DNA of 50,553 nucleotides, from NCBI GenBank assembly GCA_009859145.1, contig VRVR01000030.1:1-50553 (forward strand), given 5' to 3'. A program made the translations under genes and the position numbers. Of the stretch, positions 20,305 through 29,553 are shown one piece after another. The notes under the pieces are model-generated. The model was given only the letters and a program-made list of their open reading frames with translations, made no database searches and was not told the origin of the DNA. How positions within the stretch are numbered: the first letter of the stretch is position 1; each line of letters opens with the position of its first letter. This DNA comes from Andalucia godoyi And28 (Eukaryota > Protista > Jakobida).

Positions 20305-21807
20305 ATGTCTGCTGCTGCTTGTGTCCCTCTTTTTATCAACAACACCTTTGTGGAGTCCAAAGCGACGGTGTTCCTTGATGTGCACGACCCTGCGACCCAG
20401 CAGATTGTTGCGCGCACGCCGATTTGTCCGCGTGAAGAGCTGGAAGCTGCTCTGGAAGCTGCACAGGCTGCGTTTCCTGCGTGGAGAGACACCGCTGTTT
20501 CTCGCCGAGCCCGCGTGATGCTCAAGTTCCAACAACTGGTCCGTGAGCGCAGTGAAGATCTCGCAAAAATCATTGTTCGTGAGCATGGAAAGACGCTGGA
20601 GGATGCCCGAGGAGATGTTTTCCGCGGTCTCGAAGTCATCGAATATGCATGCTCTGCAAACTCGTTGCTACTGAGCGACTTTTCAGAGTCCGTTGCTACT
20701 GCGGTGGACACGTACTCGATTCGCCAACCGCTTGGAATTGTTGCTGCCATCTGCCCGTTCAATTTTCCAGTGATGATTCCGCTGTGGTCCATCCCTCTTG
20801 CTTTGGTCTGCGGCAACTGCATGCTCATGAAGCCTTCTGAACGAGTCCCCTCTGCCTCGCTGTTGCTGGCTGAGCTCCTTGCGCAGTCCGGGCTGCCAGC
20901 TGGTGTGTTCAACATCGTCCACGGGGCGGTGGACACCGTGAACTTTCTGTGTGACGCCCCGTCCATCAAAGCACTGTCCTTTGTCGGGTCGAATGCGGCT
21001 GGAGAGGCCATCTACAAGAGGGCGATTTTGACCGGCAAGCGTGTGCAGTGCAACATGGGCGCCAAGAACCATGCAGTCGTAATGCCGGATGCGGATCGTT
21101 CATCGACCATTGCTGCACTGATTGGTGCCGCATTTGGTGCATGTGGACAGCGCTGCATGGCCATTTCCGTTGCCGTCTTTGTCGGAGAAGCTACTGAGTT
21201 GCTAGAGGAGATCAAGGAAAGGGCGTCGAAGCTGATTCTTGGTCCCGGTAATGATCCAAAGACGGAAATGGGTCCGCTGACGAGCCCGCAAGCGAAGCTG
21301 CGTGTTGAGGGTCTGATCTCGCGGGCGCAGGAAGCGGGCGCCCAAATCGTCTTGGATGGTCGCAACGTTCGTGTTGCCGGTTTTGAAACCGGTAATTTTG
21401 TTGGCCCGACGATCATCAGCAACGTTACTCCCGACATGGAATGCTATAAGACCGAGATCTTTGGACCGGTTCTTGTGTGTCTGAGTGTCCCTACACTGGC
21501 TGCTGCAATTGCATTTGTGAATGCCAATCCGTACGGAAATGGCACCGCAATTTTCACGCAGTCGGGATCTGCCGCACGAAAGTTCCAGCACGAAATCGAG
21601 GCAGGACAGATCGGCATTAACATGCCGATCCCAGTTCCTCTTCCGTTCTTCTCGTGGACTGGGTCCAAGGCGTCCTTCGCCGGAGATATCAATTTTTACG
21701 GAAAGGGATCCGTGCAGTTTTACACAAAGACAAAGACTGTTGTTGCTTCTTGGAAGGACAAGTTTGAGGGAGGGTCTCAGATGTCCATGCCGACCCTTGG
21801 TAAGTAA
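20305..21807 (+). CDS. ALDH6A1: Methylmalonate/malonate-semialdehyde dehydrogenase (CoA-acylating), 500 aa
   Basis: [49 protein letters not shown], catalytic [33 protein letters not shown]. Confidence 0.96.
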   Translation: MSAAACVPLFINNTFVESKATVFLDVHDPATQQIVARTPICPREELEAALEAAQAAFPAWRDTAVSRRARVMLKFQQLVRERSEDLAKIIVREHGKTLEDARGDVFRGLEVIEYACSANSLLLSDFSESVATAVDTYSIRQPLGIVAAICPFNFPVMIPLWSIPLALVCGNCMLMKPSERVPSASLLLAELLAQSGLPAGVFNIVHGAVDTVNFLCDAPSIKALSFVGSNAAGEAIYKRAILTGKRVQCNMGAKNHAVVMPDADRSSTIAALIGAAFGACGQRCMAISVAVFVGEATELLEEIKERASKLILGPGNDPKTEMGPLTSPQAKLRVEGLISRAQEAGAQIVLDGRNVRVAGFETGNFVGPTIISNVTPDMECYKTEIFGPVLVCLSVPTLAAAIAFVNANPYGNGTAIFTQSGSAARKFQHEIEAGQIGINMPIPVPLPFFSWTGSKASFAGDINFYGKGSVQFYTKTKTVVASWKDKFEGGSQMSMPTLGK

Positions 21808-22274
21808 GTGCGTCGTGCTGATTTGTGTTCGTGCTTGTTTCGTCGTCGTTGCGTTTCGTTAAAGAAAAATTACAACCAGAAGAAATACAGAAATACAGAA
21901 ATACGAGATGAATTGGCTTTACTGGTACTGTAGACAAAGGGAAGAGGCCCGGTGTTCATGAACACCAAGCAAAAACACAACAGCGGACCAAAAAGAGAGA
22001 GAATGGAGAGGAAAAAAGACGAAGAACGATATGAAGTATTCGCAGCATGGATCTTTCGCAAGTGCGATAAGAAACACAGATATCCTACAACAAACAGGCG
22101 GAAAAAGACGAACGAATCAAAAAGGGGAAGGGGAAGAAAAGAAAAAAAACTACTGGCACAAACCTGAAGGAGAAAATAAAGCACGGAGAAAGACATCGAC
22201 ACAGCAAAGAGGAGACGGAGCGGAGTGGGGGAAAATACAACGGACGCACAGTCTAAATCTAGAGGAGTGGGCGC

Positions 22275-23549
22275 TTATTCCTTGAGTGAACGTCCCTTTC
22301 CTTCGATGTTATCTTCCTTGTCCCAGAAGTATCCTGCTGCAACCTTGGCTGCAATCTCCACCTGCGCATCCACAGGGATCATGCTGGGAGGAATGGGAAC
22401 ACGCTCGCCAATGGTAATACCAGCAGACGTGATCGCATCATGCTTCATATCCGACATGGACACAAATCTGTCGATGTGGGTGATTCCGAGCCAGTGCAAA
22501 ACGTCCGGCATCAGTTCTTGATAACGAGCGTCCTGAACTCCTGCGACACACTCCGTTCGAAGGAAATACGTCTCTCCACGGTCTCCACCTTCCTGGCGCT
22601 TTCTTGCGTTGTACACGAGGTACTTTGTGACTTCACCAAGGGCGCGTCCTTCCTTTCTGTTGTAGACAATGACACCGACTCCGCCTTCCTGTGCTTGCTT
22701 GACACACTCGGCAATGCCGTGAGCCAGATACGGGCGGCATGTGCAGATGTCAGATCCGAAAACGTCTGAACCGTTGCACTCGTCATGCACACGGCAGGTG
22801 ACTTGCTTTTCAGGGTTTCCGAGGAACTGCGGGTTTCCGATAATGTACACCGATGCTCCTCCAATGGGGGGAAGGAACACGTCCAAGTCGGGGCGGGTGA
22901 TCAGTTCGGGGAACATGCCTCCTGTGGCCTCAAAAAGCGTCCGTCGCAAGTGACCGACCTCGGTGTCGAACCGCTTTGCGATTCCCGGCAGGTACCACAC
23001 AGGGTCGATGGCTGCCTTTGTGACACACAAGTCATTGTTCTCGCGCAAAATGACTCCGTCAACCTTGCAAAGACCCTCCTTGACATAGTCCTTCAGCTCT
23101 GGCACATTGATATGGGCCTTGGTGATGGCGATTGAGGGGCGGAGATCATATCCGTCACGAAGCTCCTGCTGGAAGATCTCCTGCACAAGAGCACCCCACG
23201 GATCAAGCGACACGATGCGCTCCGGGTCCTTCCACGACGGGAACGGTCCAAGAACTTCTGCCGGGTACGTGTTCGTCAGATCCGGACGCCGAGTATCTGC
23301 CAGCTTGCCGCGCGCAATGGCAAGTGCGCGGTACACCGAGTACGACCCCGACGGCGCGCCAATGCAGTTCTTGCGCTTGTGGAACTTCTGGTCAATGCCA
23401 GCAAGCACAGGTCCGCGAACGTGGGGATCTGCAGCACCCCACTTGATCGGCAGAGGGTTGATTCCCGGTTGGCCGGGATGAGTAGTAAGCACAATACGCT
23501 TTCCAAACGACGTCGAAAGCATTGTCTCGTGGCCTTCCGAATCAGACAT
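22275..23549 (-). CDS. URC1: URC1/Urg1-type GTP-cyclohydrolase-II-like protein (uracil catabolism), 424 aa
   Basis: N-terminal IVLTTHPG...IKWGAADPHVRGPV...GSYSVYRALA region typical of URC1/Urg1, plus GCH-II zinc motif VHDECNGSDVFGSDICTCRPYL, RKEGRALGEVTK, QDARYQELMPDVLHWLGI. Confidence 0.9.
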   Translation of the reverse strand: MSDSEGHETMLSTSFGKRIVLTTHPGQPGINPLPIKWGAADPHVRGPVLAGIDQKFHKRKNCIGAPSGSYSVYRALAIARGKLADTRRPDLTNTYPAEVLGPFPSWKDPERIVSLDPWGALVQEIFQQELRDGYDLRPSIAITKAHINVPELKDYVKEGLCKVDGVILRENNDLCVTKAAIDPVWYLPGIAKRFDTEVGHLRRTLFEATGGMFPELITRPDLDVFLPPIGGASVYIIGNPQFLGNPEKQVTCRVHDECNGSDVFGSDICTCRPYLAHGIAECVKQAQEGGVGVIVYNRKEGRALGEVTKYLVYNARKRQEGGDRGETYFLRTECVAGVQDARYQELMPDVLHWLGITHIDRFVSMSDMKHDAITSAGITIGERVPIPPSMIPVDAQVEIAAKVAAGYFWDKEDNIEGKGRSLKE

Positions 23550-23689
23550 TCTTTTTCTTATTTTTTTTTCTACCGGTTTGATGTATGATCTTTGGAAGAA
23601 AGAAAGAAAGAAAGAAGAATTATTATTTAGGGTTCAGGAAAAAAAAAAGATTAAGAGGAATACTTGTTCCTAACGGTGTAGAGTGACAG

Positions 23690-23885
23690 GAATATAGAAG
23701 AGAAGGAGAAGAAAACGAAAAGAAGAAGAGAAGGAAAGGAAGGAAAGAAGAAGAAAAGAAGGAAAAGAAAAGAAAGGAAGGAAAAAAGAGATTGAGTGAG
23801 TGAGTGAGTGAGTGGAGGTTTGGGGCAAGTCTAAAGGGGAGAGAGGAGATGGGGAGAGAGGGAGAGGGAGAGAGAGAGAGGAGGT
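23690..23885. repeat. Long polypurine (GA-rich) low-complexity tract in the URC1/PolA divergent intergenic region
   Basis: Directly visible. Confidence 0.8.
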
Positions 23886-24290
23886 TGGGGGATGGGCGAG
23901 ATAGGTTTTGGGGTTGAAAAGAGTCTCCGCTTTTTGCGTTAGGCCCGCCGGAATAAGTCATGATGACGTGGTCACCGCCACCCAGTCGGGGGATTTCCTT
24001 TTCTTTTCTTTCCCCTCTCAGTAGGTTCCTAGCATCAAGCGTCATTCTACGAGCGTTGTTCAGTCTTTCTTCCGACCTTTCTTTTTTTGGTCGTTTTTTT
24101 TTTCCTCTTTGCGCGCTCTCAGCAGGGAAGCTTCAGACGTTTCATTCAAAAACGACGAGTCTTTGTGTTGCACGAGAGAAAAATAAAGGAGGGGTGCGAG
24201 TGAGTCAGTGAGTCAGAGAGTCAGAGTGAGAGAGATTTGGACCTCATCAGTGTCGTGATAGTGAAATCCTTTGGGTGACAAACGGTACAC

Positions 24291-27218
24291 ATGATGGCCG
24301 CGGCAATTGCTCGAAGTGTGCATGTGCGGTTCAAGACAATTCTGCTGTGCAATTTGGAACATGCAGCTCGGGCATCGAGCTTGCTTCCATATGACCCACC
24401 GGTGGATATCCAGGATGCAAGCAGCGTTGCCACCCATGCACTCATGACTGTGGACGCCATCCGCGCATCCGTACATGCAGACACCACATACTTTGTGCAC
24501 GTCCCAGAAAAACAAACGCATGGAACACCGATGTGGATGCGAAAATCTGCAAAGGGAGCTGCGTCCACGAAACTGTTCGATATGAGATTGCTTGCTCGAA
24601 CTCGTACAAACACCGTGATCAAGGAGCTCATGAGGAAAGTACCGGCTTCGGCAGTGATTACGCATCAAAGTGCACGGTCTGCAGATGATATCATCGCCAG
24701 CATTGCCCGATCCGGAGATACGCTCCGCGACAAGCTGGTGCTGTGGACGGGAGAACGGGGATTTCAGCTGATCAGCGACCGCGTGTCCGCCTTTTCCGCT
24801 ATGGAAAACAAAGTTCTGACACCCCAAAAACTGAAAGAGGAATCGTTTCTCAAACTGGACCCGAAATCCGTCTTCACGTACTTGTGTCTGATGTCTGTCT
24901 GGCAAGAGCCATCGGATGAATGGGTTCGTGCCGTTGCAGAAAAACACCCGATGCTTTCGACCGTGTGGTGCACCCTGGCAGATGTGGACAAGGGTGCACA
25001 AGACAAGATCGAATTTCTCAAATTTTCACGAAGTATCATCATGGATTCTGTTGCTCAATATTGGAGCGTGAACGGAACGTTTCTCGTGGATTTGAATTCT
25101 GCAAGGCCATGGTCCGGTCTCGCATCTTCTGCTGCACACTCGCGTCCCACATCCTCAAGCGAACCGGTGGTGCAGACCACACTTGACGCGGAGGATGCAG
25201 TGCCCTCGGACTTGCCCGCTCCGCAGAAAACTCCATCTTCCGAATCTTATTCTGCGTCGAAGAAGTCAATAAGGCTCGCCTTGGAACTCTCCGAGGATGA
25301 TGAAGAGATTCTTGACGATATCGAAGAGTCTGAAGACGATGGCCCAAAGGACGATGCAGGATTCAAACATTTTCGAAATCACAAAATGACGACAGTTTTG
25401 TCAGAAGAGGATGCCTCTCAACTCGAGCAGGATTTGTCCCGGTGTTCCATTGCGTTCATGTTCCCTGTCGAAGTTTGTCCCTCGGACTTTGACCATCGCC
25501 TTGCAGGAATCGGAGTTTGCGGGAACCACACGACGTCTGCGTACTTTCTGCCTCTGGAATTGAGCGGATCTGATGACGTCTTCTTGTCAGACTCCAACTT
25601 GGCCGAGAGAATTGGAACGCTTAAGCGCATATTGGCCATCCCAACGTTGAAGAAGGTTCTCTGCGACTCCAAACGAGCGATGATGAATCTGGATCGATAC
25701 AAACTCGCTCTGCAGGACTTCGACGACTTAATGGTGAAGTCCTATGTGCTGCATTGCGGACAGAAGTTCAGCCACACATTCTCCGGTCTGATGGAGCATT
25801 ATTTTGATGCGAGCGCTCAAGAGTCGTTGCTGCTGGAGAAAGAGGTTGTCGGTAGCGGCAGAAAAAAGAAATCCCTTCTCGACTCGTCGTTGGTTTCAGA
25901 AACAGGGGAGTTCGCTATGCAGCGCTGTGTGTTCGTCAAGGAACTGTGGCAGAAGATTGATGCCGCCTTTGCACAAGAAGCGTCTTCGAAACTGGCGACT
26001 ATGTATACCAATCTTGAGCTGCCTCTTGTCGAGGTCCTTCGAAGCATGGAGCGTATCGGGGTACTGATCGATCAGGATATGCTGCTCTCACTCCGTGACC
26101 AGTACTCAAAGAAGATCGAGGGCATTCAGTCCGACATTGCGGAAGCTTGCGGTGGGGAAGCCATCAACCTCAACTCTCCAAAACAGGTGGCAGAAATGTT
26201 GGATAAGCTTGAGCTCTTTGACGGCACTGGCAAAATGTGCACAGATGCAGAAGCCTTGGAAGGAATGGCAAAACGCACTGGGCACCCGTTTCCGTCAAAG
26301 CTTCTGGAATTTCGCGCAGCTTCCAAGATTCTTGGGACGTATGTTGAAGGCTTGCTGCATCGCATTCATCCGCAGACGGGCCGCATTCACACCACATTCC
26401 AGAACGCGTTGACGACGACTGGACGTTTAAGTTCCGTCGACCCGAATGTCCAGAATATTCCCGTTCGGACCCCGGAAGGCCGCGAAATTCGTCGATGCTT
26501 TCTTGCTCCCGACGGCTGCAAGCTGGTTTCTTTTGACTATTCCCAAGTGGAACTCCGGATCTTGGCCCATATTTCACAAGATGCTGTGCTGCAGGATGCG
26601 TATGCTTCAGGAAAGGATGTCCACTCCATCACTGCATCGCAAGTGTTCAAGGTTCCGCTGGAACAGGTTTCAAAGGAAGAGCGCCGCAAAGCCAAGGCAA
26701 TCAACTTTGGGATTGTGTACGGCATGACTGCACACGGACTTTCTGCACAGCTGGGAGTCACGTTCGAAGAAGCTGAGCAGTATATTGAGCAGTACAAGAG
26801 CACCTATCCCGGCATCAACGGCTACATGCAGCGCAGCCGTGACTTTTGTCGAAAGAACGGGTATGTGGAGACGCTTTTCGGACGTCGGTGCCACATACCC
26901 GATATATTCGAAAAGCGAAAGCGCCATATGTACGAGTTCGCGCTGCGGGCGGCCATCAATTCTCCTATTCAGGGCACTTCTGCCGATATCACAAAGTTTG
27001 CGATGCTTGAGATCTACCGACGGTTTCAGAAGGAGAAGGTCCAGTCTCGGATGATTCTGCAGATCCATGACGAGTTGATGTTTGAAGTCCCCGATGCCGA
27101 AATGGACAAGGTGAAGCCGATTATTACGCAGATTATGGAAGGTGTCGGAGAACCAATTGGATTTTCGGTTCCACTTACTGTTGGGTTTTCTTCTTCGCAA
27201 CGCTGGGAAGAAAAATAG
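24291..27218 (+). CDS. Family A DNA polymerase, bacterial PolI-like, probably organellar (mitochondrial), 975 aa
   Basis: Motifs A (DYSQVELRILAH), B (RRKAKAINFGIVYG) and C (LQIHDEL), plus TTTGRLSSVDPNVQNIP. Remnant 5'-3' and 3'-5' exonuclease folds. N-terminus MMAAAIARSVHVRF resembles a presequence. Confidence 0.95.
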   Translation: MMAAAIARSVHVRFKTILLCNLEHAARASSLLPYDPPVDIQDASSVATHALMTVDAIRASVHADTTYFVHVPEKQTHGTPMWMRKSAKGAASTKLFDMRLLARTRTNTVIKELMRKVPASAVITHQSARSADDIIASIARSGDTLRDKLVLWTGERGFQLISDRVSAFSAMENKVLTPQKLKEESFLKLDPKSVFTYLCLMSVWQEPSDEWVRAVAEKHPMLSTVWCTLADVDKGAQDKIEFLKFSRSIIMDSVAQYWSVNGTFLVDLNSARPWSGLASSAAHSRPTSSSEPVVQTTLDAEDAVPSDLPAPQKTPSSESYSASKKSIRLALELSEDDEEILDDIEESEDDGPKDDAGFKHFRNHKMTTVLSEEDASQLEQDLSRCSIAFMFPVEVCPSDFDHRLAGIGVCGNHTTSAYFLPLELSGSDDVFLSDSNLAERIGTLKRILAIPTLKKVLCDSKRAMMNLDRYKLALQDFDDLMVKSYVLHCGQKFSHTFSGLMEHYFDASAQESLLLEKEVVGSGRKKKSLLDSSLVSETGEFAMQRCVFVKELWQKIDAAFAQEASSKLATMYTNLELPLVEVLRSMERIGVLIDQDMLLSLRDQYSKKIEGIQSDIAEACGGEAINLNSPKQVAEMLDKLELFDGTGKMCTDAEALEGMAKRTGHPFPSKLLEFRAASKILGTYVEGLLHRIHPQTGRIHTTFQNALTTTGRLSSVDPNVQNIPVRTPEGREIRRCFLAPDGCKLVSFDYSQVELRILAHISQDAVLQDAYASGKDVHSITASQVFKVPLEQVSKEERRKAKAINFGIVYGMTAHGLSAQLGVTFEEAEQYIEQYKSTYPGINGYMQRSRDFCRKNGYVETLFGRRCHIPDIFEKRKRHMYEFALRAAINSPIQGTSADITKFAMLEIYRRFQKEKVQSRMILQIHDELMFEVPDAEMDKVKPIITQIMEGVGEPIGFSVPLTVGFSSSQRWEEK

Positions 27219-27736
27219 TTTGGGTCATACGTTCTCTTGTAATTTTATCAGTAATTTATATACTCTTGTACATGCTTTATCGTCTCCGGTCTCCTCGTAA
27301 AAAGGATGACAGCCACTTTATTACATTTGTTTTATCTGTTTTGTTTTTTCCGTCGATGATGGTCTACCTGTCGTACAAACCGGCATGCACCGCGCTATGC
27401 AGAGATCGATATTGAAGCCGCCCCTCCCCTTTCCTCTCCGCAACGAGATCAGGGGGAAGGCCCCTCCGTTTGAGTTTTCTGACCTTTCTCCAGAGTCCTG
27501 CTCGTCTCTTTACTTTTAACCATTGAGCTTCCCTTCCTTTCCCTGTCTTTCTCTCTCTCTCTCTCTCTCATTCTTTCTTTCTTTCTCTTTCTCTTTTTTT
27601 TTTTTCCTCTTTCTTCTGGTCTTTTGCACACTTTGCGAAAAAAAGAAAACCAACATCGTCCGCTGTTTTTTTTTCCTTTCCCCCCGCTCTCTGCCTCGCT
27701 TCGTTCCTTCTTAAGAAAAACTTAGTCAATCGAGAA

Positions 27737-28414
27737 ATGCAGCAAGACAACCGTCAGTTCCCGGCCCATGTTCACATGGTCAACCACCCGCTTGTGAAGG
27801 ACAAGATCTCTCGTCTGCGTGCTACAAAGACGGATTCCAAGACATTCCGTGACCTTGTTTCGGAGATCACGCAGTTGGTCTGCTTTGAGGCGACCCGAGA
27901 TCTGCCTCTTACGACTGCCGAGATCGATACGCCGGTGACGCGGTGTGTCGGGCATGTCTTGGCTACGCAGCCCGCCATTGTCCCCATTTTGCGCGCAGGA
28001 CTTGGCATGCAGGAAGGTATGCTCTCGATGCTTCCGACTGCGCAGGTGTTCCACATTGGCTTGTATCGTGACGAAATGACGTTCTCGCCAATCGAGTACT
28101 ACAACAAGCTGCCGTCAAAGTGCCATGCAAAGTACATTTACTTGCTTGATCCCATGTTGGCGACTGCCGGATCCGCATGCGCAGCCATCGACATCCTCAA
28201 GAACTGGACCGAGACCTCCCCGGAGCTTGCGCCCAAGATCACGTTCATCTGCTTGCTTGCATCACCAGGCGGAATCAAGACTCTCACGTCGCGCCATCCG
28301 GACGTCGAGATCTTCACCGCAAACATCGACGAGGGACTCAACGACCACGGATTCATCACCCCGGGAGCAGGAGATGTCGGCGACAGGCTCTTCAACACCG
28401 TCCGAAAGGCTTAA
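27737..28414 (+). CDS. upp: Uracil phosphoribosyltransferase, bacterial Upp-like, 225 aa
   Basis: HPLVKDKISRLR, PILRAGLGM, HIGLYRDE, PRPP motif LDPMLATAGS, PGAGDVGDRLF. Confidence 0.96.
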   Translation: MQQDNRQFPAHVHMVNHPLVKDKISRLRATKTDSKTFRDLVSEITQLVCFEATRDLPLTTAEIDTPVTRCVGHVLATQPAIVPILRAGLGMQEGMLSMLPTAQVFHIGLYRDEMTFSPIEYYNKLPSKCHAKYIYLLDPMLATAGSACAAIDILKNWTETSPELAPKITFICLLASPGGIKTLTSRHPDVEIFTANIDEGLNDHGFITPGAGDVGDRLFNTVRKA

Positions 28415-29056
28415 AGTACTGCAAGAAGACATTCGTGTTTCCCTTTCCCATCTTCTTCTTTTCTTCCTTGTATGTGTGTGCGCTGGACTTCTCTGTGCCT
28501 GCGTTCATTCCCCGTGTTCCGTCTGTCCGTCTGTCCGTCTGTCCGTCTGTTTCGTGTTCCTTGTTCCGTGTTCCGTGTCTGTTCGTTGATTGTTCTTGCG
28601 TCTGCTAAACAAAGAAGGAGAAGGGAGAAAACAAAAACACGACGTGGTGTTTTTTATTTGATTTTCCCCCTTTTTCTTTTGTTCCCTTTTTCGTTGCGTA
28701 GGCGTTGCTCAAGGTAGATTTATTTCCAGTAAAATGTCGTCCGTCATCGCCCACTTTGAAAGGCCTCTGATATTTTCTCTTCCTGTCTCTCCTCGTCCTC
28801 GACCTCGTCCTCGCTCCCGCAGAATATCTTGGCATACTGGTCAAGGCGACACCGAGGGTTCGCCTTTTGAAGAGCGACGCGATCCTCCTTTCGAACACCC
28901 TCGGGATTGCGGAAAACAATACTTCTGCATCTTCGCCGGATTGCCCGGTGTCTTTTTTTTTTTTTGTTGTAGAGAAAGACGTACATGTTGACCCGCAGAT
29001 AATATCTTGCTCAGAACGTTTTTGCCGTCTGACGATCTTCTTCTTCTTCTTCTTCT

Positions 29057-29351
29057 TTGCTCTCCGCCTCCGACGAGGAGGGGATCAACGGGTTTCTTGG
29101 TTCTCGCTATCTTCGGAGCATGGCCGGTTTGCGTTTTTCGGGAAGATCCCTCTTTGGAGCCATGAGATCCTTTGTCTTTGTCTTTGTCTTTGATGAAAGG
29201 TGCTGCTTGAGGGTTCGGTTATGAAAGACATAAATCAAACAGAAAGAATAATAGAAAGACAGACCAAAACGTGAAGAATGACGACGACTTGATTACGGTA
29301 AGAAAATCGTTTTGTTTGATGTTCAAACGTTGATGCGCAAAACTGCCAACC
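29057..29351 (+). repeat. Dispersed repeat family, copy 2 (partial; starts at a (TTC)n run)
   Basis: Aligns with 44801-45105; internal (GTCTTT)3. Confidence 0.95.
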
Positions 29352-29462
29352 TTCTCATTAGAAATAATTTTTTTAAAGTGTTTATTTTATAATCTTGTTT
29401 AATTTTTGGTTTTTTAAAATATTATTATCCTTTTCTGATTCCCGCTCTTCAAGACTTTTTAG
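29298..29462 (+). other. Candidate 5'-UTR intron of the 770-aa gene, with its donor inside repeat copy 2
   Basis: GTAAGA donor at 29298, AT-rich body, CTGAT branch-like site, TTTTTAG acceptor at 29462; 165 nt, similar to the 183-nt SEC12 intron. Confidence 0.4.
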
Positions 29463-29553
29463 GTACTGTTTGCTTTGTGCGCCGATTCGCTTGCATTTGG
29501 ATAGACGCTAGTTTCCTCTTCTTGATCTTGCTGTTGATCTTGCTGTTGCTGCA

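Noticed and set aside
28734-28991. Short ORFs on both strands between UPRT and repeat copy 2
   Set aside because: Low-complexity driven, no motifs; checked for URC4 (DUF1688) and far too short.
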